Source: Asterias rubens
Taxonomy: Eukaryota
Assembly (NCBI RefSeq): GCF_902459465.1
Contig: NC_047067.1
Span: 20,956,001 to 21,020,000, forward strand
Direction of reading: 5' to 3'
DNA length: 64,000 nucleotides
Position 1 is the stretch's first letter. The number at the start of each line of letters is the position of its first letter. The notes under the pieces were generated by a model, which worked only from the letters and a program-made list of their open reading frames with translations, made no database searches and had not been told where the DNA came from. The translations under genes were made by a program, and so were the position numbers. Shown here piece after piece: positions 1 through 11,692 of the stretch.

Positions 1-77
1 TGGGTTGAGGTCATCAACTCTGAAGAAGAGGTCAGTCACGTAGGCAGCTGCAATTTCCCATTTCAGTGTTTTCTTTC
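1..77 (-). CDS. KALRN/TRIO: Exon, FN3 second half ((G)KKTLKWEIAAAYVTDLFFRVDDLNP), truncated by window edge
   Basis: CAG acceptor at 78-80, phase 1; W...V.DL.P FN3 pattern. Confidence 0.88.
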
Positions 78-293
78 CTGAAGATTGTTGTTAGAAAGTT
101 AAATTTTTGATCAATAAAGTAATATGCATTTTAAAAGTACAATTTTTCTCCACAAGCTTGGGTTCGAATCCTGTGGGAGTGATTTGCCTATGGATTGTTG
201 GACTGGAAATGGCGTCCAGCAGCCACGTGGCCAAAGGAAACAGGTCCCTCTATGTTGCAACTCTCTAAATACACAGCTCTGGACAGAACTAAC

Positions 294-425
294 CTTGTAA
301 TGCATATTCCACTGTATATGCAGTGACTGGACTATAGCGTGTATTCCTAGGTACGTCCCATCGCATGACTAAAGAGGTAGCACGGATGTCATGAGGAGTG
401 AGATGGCAAGGTGGGATGGGGTTAC
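294..425 (-). CDS. KALRN/TRIO: Exon, FN3 first half (GNPIPPCHLTPHDIRATSLVMRWDVPRNTRYSPVTAYTVEYALQ)
   Basis: cacag acceptor, G|gttagt donor, 132 nt, phase 1-1; W and YTVEY FN3 motifs; absent from the ORF track. Confidence 0.9.
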
Positions 426-694
426 CTGTGCGGGTCAACAATTCTAAAATCAGTTTCTCGCTCAAAGAAAATCTCTTAAAAAAGCACCAGAATAAAATCC
501 AATTATCGGTTAAGTACTGGAAGTTTTTGTAAATTTTGTATGAATTTCAAAACATTTGTTGCCCACATTGTTCTGAAGCACCCGTTTAATTGAGTTTATT
601 TGTGATTTAACTTCCCTCAATTATTTGTTTAAACAACGATGAACATGAATCTTACACATGTCCAGAGGAACATAAACTGCAGTTTTGGTGTTGT

Positions 695-1019
695 CAGCAG
701 TAGAGTGTGGTTTCAAATCCTGGTCATGACACTTATGCCCTTGAGAAAGTCACTTAACCACAATTACTGTGTAAAAAGTGCACTCTGATCTACCTTAATC
801 AAGGGGACAAGTGTCGTGACCAGGATTCGAACCCACACTGTGCTGCTGACTCCACCAGAGCTTGGGTCCAGTAAACTAGATAATTGTGGACCTACCACAA
901 GTTTAACCCCGGTGTTGCTACATGTAGTTCAATGACAGAGCAAGCACCCTTGTTTACAGGTTTCCTCAGGCTTGCAATCTACAGCGGTCAAGTTCACTTA
1001 TGAGGCATCCTTGGTTTCA
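695..1019. mobile_element. Cluster of SINE fragments (+ copy ~695-780, - copy ~797-890, 3' tail fragment ~900-1019)
   Basis: B-box-like gg(t/g)ttc(a/g)aatcc and gacactt...cttga core shared with 11024; tail ggtttcctcaggcttgc...tgaggcatccttggtttca repeated at ~14138-14199. Confidence 0.75.
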
Positions 1020-1078
1020 TTACCAGAAACATCTGAAAATAACACAACTCCTTACCCAAAAATATGGTTTTGACCTAC

Positions 1079-1366
1079 CTTTTACAGTAACCAAAGAACT
1101 AGAAGTCTGGGACCCAACATCGTTGGTTGCGATACATGTATACTCTCCTTTCTCATCCCACCGTACTCCTGATATCTCCAGCCGAGCCACACCATTCTCT
1201 TTATGCGTCATCCGGATTCGATGGTCGGCTGTAATGGGTGCAGAGTTGGGCGGGCCCTCCCACGATATGAAGGGTGTTGGCTTTCCACATATCTGACAGG
1301 TTAAGGTGAGGTCATCACCCTCGTTGACCGTCTGATTGGTCAGAGGAGATGAGAACTCTGGGAAAG
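1079..1366 (-). CDS. KALRN/TRIO: Exon, Ig I-set domain (FPEFSSPLTNQTVNEGDDLTLTCQICGKP...GEYTCIATNDVG...VTVK)
   Basis: ttttccaacag acceptor, G|gtaggt donor, 288 nt, phase 1-1; C-W-YxC Ig signature. Confidence 0.96.
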
Positions 1367-1548
1367 CTGTTGGAAAATAAAGAAGCAACGAAGACTGGTC
1401 AAAACGGCTTATGCCACTACAGTGGGGATAATCGTCCAACAAAATCTGGTATTTCTTCAACTTGTACATCTTTGAAAATAAGAAACCTCTGAAGAAACAA
1501 AGACCCACCAGAAGCCTGTACAGATACATTCCATAAATAAATACTTAC

Positions 1549-1576
1549 ATTCAAACACGATACTCGGATGCAGCAA
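1549..1576 (-). CDS. KALRN/TRIO: 28-nt exon (LLHPSIVFE)
   Basis: tttttttcag acceptor, gtaagt donor; provides the needed phase 0 to 1 bridge; resembles recalled Trio LLNPNYIYD. Confidence 0.88.
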
Positions 1577-1840
1577 CTGAAAAAATAAATAAAATAAATT
1601 GACAAACATTTACTATCAGGAATGATTACACTCGATCACACTTTCACTTCACCAAAACAAATTGTATAATTTTTTAAATCTGATAGATTCCAATACTGTG
1701 CTTCATTCCTTAAGCAGTGAATTGTAACTCTATCGCAGTCCTTTATATGATGACTGAAATATGATGACTGTTATAAAGTATTCTTCTCAAACTCTTCATG
1801 AGCACACAGGCATTATCCATTACACTATAGACTGCCTTAC

Positions 1841-2015
1841 CTTATTAGCAAGTTTCATTGCTTTAGACTCCTTCTCTCTCCCCCTACTGCTGTCTGTACT
1901 ACAATCCGATCCCGTCCTCGGCCGACTTCTCGGCGTCAGATTCTTCTCCTTTCGGTCGGTCTTGTAACCTGATCGACGGATTTTGAATGCCTCATGCCAT
2001 GACGACAATGTTTTC
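1841..2015 (-). CDS. KALRN/TRIO: Exon, SH3-Ig linker (KTLSSWHEAFKIRR...KLANK)
   Basis: gacag acceptor, AAG|gtaagg donor, phase 2-0; SSWH motif. Confidence 0.92.
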
Positions 2016-5000
2016 CTGTCAACAAAATCAGTTTTTAAAAAATGAGAACAAAACAATTTTTTTTTTTTTTTTGCAGAATGCATTCCTTTTGCAGCAAGCC
2101 TACTGTATGTTTGTTTGATAATTGATTAGAGGCAGTTGATTGTTCTAAACATGGTGATGCAATGGTTCATTTAAAAAAAAACTATTTTGTTCAATTGCAA
2201 GAATAAGTCCAAAATCCAAACAGATTAACTCAAAAGTGTCAACAATTATTGCAGGCATACATCTTTTATAAATAATAACCAAGGCTTGACCATGTTGAAA
2301 AGTGTTTGTATATAATATATGATGTGCAAGTTTTGTTATTGAATGATCTTTTAAGTTTTAGTAATTTGTTTTGCCTAAAATGAGATGACCTAATGAGGTT
2401 ATTTGCATATGACCTCCATGCAAATCAGCCATGTCAGTTAGTAAGCTGCACTCTGATTGGTCGTTGCCTTCTTACAATAATTTTATGCAAGGCCATTACT
2501 GTCACAATAAAATGTGTCATATTCAAAATATAACCAATAGTCAACGGTGGATTGTTTTTTAAATTTCTGTGTTAACAGCATACATTGTAGGACTTTACCC
2601 ACATTGCATTCCTTGGATTTAGTTTTAGAAAATGTTGAGGCAGACATATTGTTTGTATTCAACAAATGAGTGGGGCACCGGTCACGACAATGTAAACTTA
2701 ATGTTAACTTGGCTGGTAACCTGTTTCTGTAAAGCAATTCTTTTTTGTGCTAAGCTAGTTTTTGTGCTTACTGGCTTGATGAAAGTGGGCCCTGGTCTCC
2801 AAAAGCACAAGTCGGAAAGCACTGAAGATACAGCGCTTATTACACATTCAGGGCAAGCATTAACTCAATAAATATTGGTTATATCTGATGCAGTTATGCT
2901 ATATATGAATGTGTTTTGTTTGTTATTGTGAAAGTTATCTTAGAAGTGTCAATTGAATATGAATTAATAACGAAGCATGCTACAAATGATCATCGGAAAA
3001 AATGTTTTATGTGTTCAGTGAGAAAGATGAATAGTTAAATGAGGAAATCAAAGAGACAAGATTCAACTCAGAAGAGGAAATAATAAAGTAATAAGGTACA
3101 GAAGACATTAATATGAAAGAAAAAGAAATTGAAAGAAAACTTCAGTAGACAGGTTGCAATCTCAAAACAAGGTCAAATAAAGTCAAACATAAAAACCTTT
3201 AAAAATACAATCAAATAAATTAAATAATACACATTGACTGGAAGTCTCTTGTATTGGTCTTGATGAACGCCATTCCAAAATAACAACTAATATTGTATTT
3301 GTGCTGAGAGGAACATATAGATTTCTTGCTATGCATGCTAAAAATAGTTTGATGAAATCACAAGCAGATCAAGAGTTGCATAAAAAGAGAAGGTGCACCT
3401 GTCCCCTTCTCCTAGTCAAGTTAAATATCTTGTATTATTTGTACAAAAACCAAGGTGATATTTAGACTGATATTCAACATAATAGGGTCAAAGTTTCTAT
3501 AACTTAGGGAAACTTTCTCAGGGAAATTTACTCATCAAAACATGGAAAGATTGCTTTGATTGTAAGGGAATTTTCTGTCGAATCGGAGAGAGAGTTGGCA
3601 AAAGTCATTGAACTGCACATGAAGATCAAGTAAAATGCACATTTACAGGGAACTTTTAAGGAGAGATTTTTTTACAGAGATTGTGTGTGCAATACAAAGC
3701 CCCCATAATACCTTTGGAAACAATAGAAAAAAAAACACCCAAGGTTTTCTTCAGTAAACAAGAAAATCACATTGGCAATACTTAAGTCATGGGTGTGCAT
3801 CAATCACTAGAGATGGGTAAAGCCAGGTTTATTCTCCCTGTGAATGAGAATGCAAATGCGACAAACAATTTTGACAACACAAATTTGCAACAAATAATTT
3901 GCAACAGTTTCCCTGTGCTGAACTCCTGCAAAATCTTAGCAGGGAAATTGGAGCCGTGTTGTCAAAATTCAGCCGTGTTGTCAGAATGCAGCGCATTCAC
4001 AGGAAGTATGGACGAGGCTTAAGTGCGAGTTAAAGCATGATAGACAGTCACTATACAAAGCCAGTCTATATAAATGTGCAAGCAGTAATAAGATACAGGC
4101 ATAGTCAGGCAATATACGCACAGAGTGGTCAATATAACTATACATACCATCAATACAATTACGGTTAGAAATAAACACATTCACTAGCAAGACAATAATG
4201 CAAAAGTAAAACAAATAAATAAATGAAAACACAGATAGGTACTACAAGCAAAGCTACATGGAACTAGCACTACGGTATGCAAAAGACAGAAATACTAACC
4301 AGATCTCTTTCTTGAGGAGGGCATGAAATAAAAACTACATCAAAAATATCTAACACATAGATTTAAAATCCATCCATAGAAACAGTATCGGAAGAACGCA
4401 GCGACGCTATCTGCGGGACTCTATTGCGAATTATTGTACACTGTATAGATGAGCGCAAACATGTTATTATGCCATGTATGGCAAAATAATATCATGTGAC
4501 ACACATGCATGGACAAATTGGCCACACAGGTACCCTGTCCTTTAGATCGGCCAATAAGAAACAAGTAAATGATGGATCCTTGTCGCCATACACGCATGAT
4601 GGGTGATATTAATACGTCATGTCCCGACTAGGACATTCGTAATGATGGGTGAGGTTCCAATCCAGGTTGCTGCCCACAAACTGCAATCAGAAGTGACGAT
4701 CATACATTTGAGCTGGGAACAAAATCTCTTTTTCACTGGTTCCTGCTTGGTGACCATTCCATAACTTCAAAACAGCGACATGCAGAGCAGAACGTTGGTT
4801 GCAAAATGATTTCACACAATAATAATTACTAGGAGTCAACAGAAAAAGTGACAAAGTGAAACTTCTCTTTAAACCCCCAAATCCACATGAGCTTTAGCAG
4901 TTACAACTATTGACGTTTTACAAAAACAAATAAAGTATGAAATCATCTGTTTTTCTGACTAGCAACATCTTGACTAAGTGAATAACTGATTAACGTAAGG

Positions 5001-6271
5001 ACTGGTACGGTAGTCCAATGGTAGCGGGTTCAAATCCCACTTTAATCTCCTTTTCTGTTTCCTCTTTTCGAAATCCAGAATGATGAGAGAGCAAACTCAA
5101 ATGTCAAAGTCCTTATGACTATTTATTTGTTTTCCTTTTTGCCAATTAGCTTCTGGCAAAAATATTACCTTACAATGCTCTAGTTTTACCCTTATGATAG
5201 TAGTAATAAGCATGTACACAGACTTCAATAGTTTAATCATAATATTATTAATAATAATAACAATAATAATAGTTACATGGTAGATTACAGTTTTCCATAA
5301 GTTAGAGTTGTTTGCCAGTCCTCTGTTTTCACATCTCTTGACATCTTTTGTACACTTCACACATCTGAAGCCTAACAAATACATGATATAAATTACCATA
5401 GTAATTCTCTTGTGTTTAACTAATTATTGTACAAATACAAACTCCACAAACGTTTCAATGTTGCATGTGTATGAGCAGCTACACTAAATTCCCCTCTCTT
5501 TAATTTTAATATAAAACTTGAGAAGAATATTAGCCCCAAGTGAACAATTCAAAACAGAAATGTCTAAAAAAAAAGTTGACAATCTTTGATGAATGTGTTC
5601 ACTTTGTGAAAAATGTCTTCATTGCTAATTCGAAAGAAATTCATTCATAAATATTTAACATTAATGGCTCAAACATAAATTTGCATATCTATGCTCTCAG
5701 CATGTCACTGATTTGCATAAGTTATGCAAATTTGATGACATCCCATCAGTATGAACCAATAAGCTGAGGGTACTCACCATAATGGCAAGATGAATAACAA
5801 ACACACAATACACCATTCACTCACAATATGAAGAGATTAAACTCACATCCCCCACTCTAAATATGTACACATAATAAATAGAAAAAGAATTCTCCGCCCA
5901 AAGTTCAGGCAAACATTTCACAATTTACAATTTGTTTTTTTAAATAACCAAAGTAAAAACAGCCCATTCTTCAATGCCATTGGCTGGTGGTTTACTCCAT
6001 GGAGGCGTGGCCTACAAGACAAAGAAAGACTCTAGTTTTTATACTTTTTTCTTTTGTACATAGTTGAGTTTTCTCAGTTTCTAATTACCTATAGCTCTAG
6101 ACAATAAATATCCACCTTTCATTACTTAAAAGGGGTTAATAAAGACATACCAAAGACACCAATCTCACATGCTGGAGTTCATCTTCAAAATGGCCCTCTA
6201 CAGTCCCATTTATGACAGGTTTATTTGCAGCAAAACTTTTTTTCTAGGAACACATCATCCGTGCTCACCAG

Positions 6272-6447
6272 GGCCCAATTTCATAGAGCTGCTTAAAGCA
6301 GAAATTATTGCTTAACAATTTTCTGCTTAGCAGAAACGTGCTAGATACCAGTCACAAACTGTACATCTGACATGGTATTTTGGCTGGTGACCATATCCCT
6401 TGCTTAGATGCTTTTGTTAAGTTTAAGCAGCACTATGAAATTGGTCC
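6272..6447. mobile_element. MITE with ~25-bp TIRs (possibly PIF/Harbinger type); related partial copies at ~2660-2815, 13395-13548, 19770-19893, 38205-38350, 42455-42610
   Basis: ggcccaatttcatagagctgcttaa (6272-6296) vs ttaagcagcactatgaaattggtcc (6423-6447); shared internal gcttagca/ggctggt segments. Confidence 0.85.
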
Positions 6448-7157
6448 AGCCTCAATGATTCACTCTAGCTGCATTTTAGCAGATTTCAGTTGCTGCCGCC
6501 AAAGCATACTCTATGTTTGGTGTTTTAAACTTCAGACACAGAGGACCTTTACACAACTTCTGCAGCTCACACACCAAAAACCAAAAACCAAGCAGGGTAG
6601 CTCTACCATAAAGCCAACCCAGACAAACCAATACAAGTTGAGCTTTTATGTGTAGTTACAGCATGATCAGTGGAGGTGTACTGAGACTCCAATACACTGT
6701 CCATGCAGCCACACTGCTGGATATACATTAGCTTCATGTGACCATCCTCCATATTAAACATTAAGTCTATTATACAAACAATGATTACCTCACAACTTCT
6801 CTCACATTACCTCACGCAATCTACCACACCCCATCCGTCACTCAATCTCTCATCACACTATTTGGCATACAACAAAGTCCTTTAAAAAGTACTAACGATC
6901 TTAAACATCGCCCCTGGGAGGAAACAAAGTACTACAAGATGAGATTATAATGCATGTTGCATCATCTGAATACCTACTGATACAATTTCATCAATTCAGG
7001 TTCAATTGTCTTTTTATAAAGACAAACATTCAGACTCGGAGTGACCTTTTTACTCCTACTTTTTTCGTTTATGGCTGAACCGTTCCATGTAAAAAGAAGA
7101 AAGGTTTTCATACTACATTAATGGGCCTACACATAACTCACAGTAAAGATTACAGTT

Positions 7158-7163
7158 TTTATT
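7158..7163 (-). terminator. Candidate intronic polyadenylation signal
   Basis: AATAAA with TGTA just upstream and a GT-rich tract (tgtgagttatgtgtag) ~20-40 nt downstream. Confidence 0.35.
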
Positions 7164-8840
7164 CATTTTTATACAGCAATCCAGTACACACTTTGTAAAA
7201 ATACACAATCCAGGAATAACACTTTTCATTAAGGTGTACTGTTGCTAAAACATTGACAGTGTTTTTGTTTTTGGTGTTTAAAAAAACTGAAGACGATAAA
7301 ATCAAACGTCTTAGACAATTAAGTTCACTGTCCTATACACCATCAAACACTAGTATTTATTTATGAGTTGTACATTTATATAAGTTAACATATTATTATT
7401 ATACAATCTTCCTGAAGATTTTGTTTTGTTTTCAAGTTTTGGCCAAAATTGCACATCAGCCGTGGTGTACCTTCAATGAAAGACTAATTTGTTTAGATTT
7501 TATTTTATTTTTTATTAAATTCAAATAGTTACAATGAGTAAAACTGTTGTATATATAATAATGATACCACTTTGACTCTGTTCATCGGTAGTTATTAATC
7601 TAAAAGTCATCAAGCAAATAAATATTTCATTTTCAAATCAATGCTAATTTCTGATAAAAACCAAAACCAAAAATCAAGTTTAATGGCCTGTAAATCGATT
7701 ATTCTGGCAATTCATCATTTACATCTGTTTTCTTATAAAAATTGCAGAAAACAAACATGGTAACAAACCCCTGTGCTGAAAAAGGGTTATCATCTACATT
7801 CAAATTGAAAAAAAAACCTAACAAGACTCTCTGAATCTTATAGGAACATTTGAATGATATTGCATAAATTCATTTTTCATATCAAAACAAAAGAAGGGGA
7901 TTATCTTTGGGAGTTCTAGTTCCTTCGACCTCCGTTCTGAAACAAACAAAAGACATCTGCAGGACAAGTAGACTGGAATTTAACCCAGCCAATTGGGAAG
8001 AACCGCGAAGAGACCCAGCATTGGGGGGGGGGGGGTAAGCTGCCCTCGTGTACCCTCTTTTGGCAATTGATTATTACAATCAGATATTTTTTTTCAATTC
8101 TAGTTTTAAGTTTGACTTTTAGACAGTGTGCTGTTGTCATCCAGGGTATGCGCAACATTGATGAAAGGAAATAACGGACTAATTGCCTAAAGACCCCTAC
8201 AACTATTACGTAGCATAATTGAAACAGTTCCTGGCATTCTTTACAAAGATTTCAGACAAGATAGGGGACTGAGCACCAATCTAAAAACCAATTCTTATAG
8301 ATGGGTTGCACAAAGACCCATCTTTGACTTGATATCCAAACTGTAGTTAAGTTCTCAGGCCACCGAACTTGCTTAATTGACCCTCCCCCCAAAAAAGGGA
8401 TTCCTAAATAGATTCTCTCATCATACTGTTGGTTCTGCTTTGGTTTAAAATCTATTTTTTAATCTCTAAACAATGTTTGACCTTTATGTTTTAAATCAAA
8501 AGAAAAGATATACCTTTATAGGTGTAGTAAAAACAAATCAAATATTGCAGTATCTCTAATGGTAACGGCTGTAGATGACCATTACACATTCAGAGATATA
8601 GCAGGACCTTGAATATTTTAAAGTTGTTGGTTCTTGTTTCTGATTGGATGGAATTCTGTAGCGAATGGAAGAACACGATTGGTTTGAAATGTTTTAATGA
8701 GTCAGAAGCTGAAAATCACACAAGTCCATGGAACACCAGAATAGTCAAAGACAAATCCAAAGGCCTCGACTTTGAACAGACACAGCAATTTTCCTCTGAT
8801 AAGGGGGCACCTCTTACAAGTAAATTTATACAGGAACCTT

Positions 8841-8885
8841 GCACCGGGCAACACAGCAAGAGCACCGGGCACCACAGCAAGAGCA
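8841..8885. repeat. 21-bp tandem duplication
   Basis: gcaccgggca(a/c)cacagcaaga x2. Confidence 0.9.
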
Positions 8886-8947
8886 ATTTCTGTAGGTGCC
8901 AGGGGTTATTTTGAGGCCTGCCCTCAGTGTAATGTCTTCCCACAGGG

Positions 8948-9360
8948 TTACACATTTAGTGTTAGAACTTTAAGTGTGTTACACTTTCAGGTATTACTAG
9001 TACTGACTCCTGCAGTTATTATTCTTTCAGTGTTACATCTTTAGTGGTACACTTTTAGTGCAGAACTTTAAGTGTGTTACACATACAGGTATTACTAGTG
9101 CTGTCTCCTGCAGTTATTATTCTTTCAGTGTTACTCTATCTGCGTTACACTTTCAGTGTTACATCTTTAGTGGTACACTTTTAGTGCAGGACTTTCAGTG
9201 TTACTCTTTCAGTGTTCCAACATCAGTGTTATCAACGCTGTCAGTGTTAGCCTTTAAGCGTTTCACTATCCACATGACAACCTCCGTGCAACAAATGCAT
9301 TCTCACACAATCGGTGCAGAACATCCAGTGTTACACATCCAGTGTTACACTGCCTGTGTT
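8948..9360. repeat. Compound tandem repeat: ~98-bp duplication built from degenerate ~13-bp cactttcagtgtta units
   Basis: agaactttaagtgtgttacac...ctgcagttattattctttcagtgttac recurs at ~8964 and ~9062. Confidence 0.8.
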
Positions 9361-10439
9361 ATGTTTTCAATCACGTTAAAACCCTCAGTGTTTACCGTCA
9401 ATCAACAAAGTTTACCAAGACAGATCTGGTTTCATTTATCGGTTAATGATTAGTTCTCATAATTGTTTTTGTTTAGTACAAGGAAGCAGCGGACACCATG
9501 TATAGTTTACAAGCCAGCTAGGGGGGGGGGGGGTTTCCCAAGAAAAGTGTCAGTAACTAACGATAAATTAACAGCTCGCTACTCTAAAAGTCTCACCAAG
9601 ATCTTGTCTGTTCCTCCTCAAAAAATCCTACAACTACATTGTAACAAAAGCTTCTACAATAACACTATTGTAATATTGCAACTTTTTTTTTCCTGCCTGT
9701 GTTTTTCCAGACTCAATTGCAACCAATGAATAGTTGGCACTAAAAATTCAGAATCGTTGCCTTGTCTTATCTATCCCATTCCTTAATATCGTTGTTGACC
9801 AGCAAAAACAATTGTTTTTTCAAAAAACAAAGAGAGAAACAAAAATCATCAAAGAAAAAGTTATCAGAATATTGCAAAATTAAACCTAATTGCCACAGCT
9901 GTTGTGATTCACCCAAGTTCTTGGATAACTCAAGCTGTTATACTCAGGCAGTCTCTCAATTGGCAAAAACCAAATGAAGAATGGTTTAAATATTCATTTC
10001 CCATATTTTCTTCACTCAATCGGGGGGAAAAGCAGAGAACGTCAGTTTCCCCCCCCCCCCCCTCCTCCTCCAGTCAACCATCTCTCAAAAAGGGTGTCGA
10101 CTGAACCCAATGAATAGCTCAAAAAACATCAACCACTCCAAACCAATTGATGTTAGTATTGGATTTGGATTGTTAACACAGTATCGGAGGTCTAACCATA
10201 CTTCCAATTCAACACAAAGCTATTCTAATGCTTTGCTTCGTTGTTGCTTCTTACTCTCAAAAATGTTCCATACTACGCAGTCATTTCCAACTAAAAAACA
10301 CAGTTTAGTGAGTTCAAAGAGATGGTGTGAGTTTCACAAAGATGGTGGTGGTAGATGAAAATTTCAAGAAGATGTCAAAAAAGGGAGAAGGTAGGTTTAT
10401 TTTGTTTTTGTTTTCTCAAACACAAAAGAGATGCCTTAC

Positions 10440-10716
10440 TTCGGGGTGATCTCACTGTTGGTGGCATGAGTGGGATTGGTGGTAGCCTGGGGAACACCTC
10501 CATGGTCCCCTATGAGCTCCTTGGTGTTGCCCAGCACATAGCCTGGCAGCCAACCCTCAGCTGCTGGTGAGTCCTGAGAGGGAGCCCGATGCACCAAGTA
10601 CATGTTGTGTTGGTTGGCAGCGAGAATCTGCACCGTTTCACCCTAGAGACTGTAATTTCATCTTCTTTTAATGCAGTGTAGTTGGTGACAACTGGGGACA
10701 TGCAACTGGACTCAAC
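10440..10716 (-). CDS. KALRN/TRIO: Exon, second SH3 domain (VVTNYTALKEDEITVSR[G]ETVQILAANQHNMYLV...AEGWLPGYVLG), with apparent 1-nt deletion
   Basis: caacag acceptor, AA|gtaagg donor; 277 nt where the phases need 278; the SH3 halves lie in different frames either side of GGG at 10641-10643. Confidence 0.93.
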
Positions 10717-11023
10717 CTGTTGGCAATGATATGAGAAATTGCATGTTTGGTTTATTATGTAATGAACTCTAATCATAAAAGTCTCTGTACTTTTCAGTGG
10801 TTCAGTAGTCAAGATATCTGAAATACTGGATACATTTTGGCTAGTGAGAAATTGACAGTCAACCAGGATTAAGAGCAAAAATAGACCATGCAAGTCTTAC
10901 GCGTATTCAAACAACTTTGCTTCAACACGTTAAGTAAACAAACTCGCACACTATAACCTGTCACAATGCTTAACTATGTGCGAGACTAGCACAGTCTATA
11001 AAAAAAATGATATTATCACTGTA

Positions 11024-11373
11024 GAGTGTCACGGCCGAGTGGTTAAGAGCATCAAATTCAAGTTCTGGTGCTAATTCACTGGAGTGTGGGTTCGAATCTC
11101 GGTCGTGACACTTGTGTCCTTGAGCAAGATACTTTACTATAATTGCTCCTCTTCACCCAGGGGTATAAATGGGTACCTGCGAGGGTAGAGGTTGATATTG
11201 TGAATGACAAGCTTTCGGAGCGCCACGGCAGCTCGGGGCTGTATACTCCCTAATGGGAGCTGAGAAAGATTAAAGGGATGTTTATCGGCCCAATGACCAG
11301 GGGACTAATGTAAAGCGCATTGATACGGTTTATTGTGAAATGCGCTATATAAGAATTTGTTATTATTATTATT
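11024..11373 (+). mobile_element. Near-full-length tRNA-derived SINE
   Basis: A box (ggccgagtggtt), B box (ggttcgaatc), CORE-like gtgtccttgagcaag, and (TTA)n tail after tgcgctatataag. Confidence 0.88.
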
Positions 11374-11692
11374 AAGAGCAATATGGAAAACCAGTCAACC
11401 AAAATAACTATGAAAATGCAGCTTTTGTTTAAGAATTAAACTTTTTTTTCTGTAAGGACAGGATATGGACCCTTTGCCCAGTCTGCCATACTGGGAGTCA
11501 AAATCAAAATGGCTGCATTTCATCTTATTTGAAGACTTCAAGAGGTTGAAGGAATCCATGCCTTACAATTATTTGGGGAAAGTGGGTCTTGTAATAATCA
11601 TTTGTAATAAACCTATCTACAGTCTTGAATAAAACATAAGAGAACTGAGTTGGGAGTAAAGCTGAATCCACCAAAGGTTATAAAATACTCAC

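Noticed and set aside
4305-4321. Terminal mini-exon KKRSG-stop or 11-nt microexon
   Set aside because: AAG acceptor, non-3n length, and no independent evidence.
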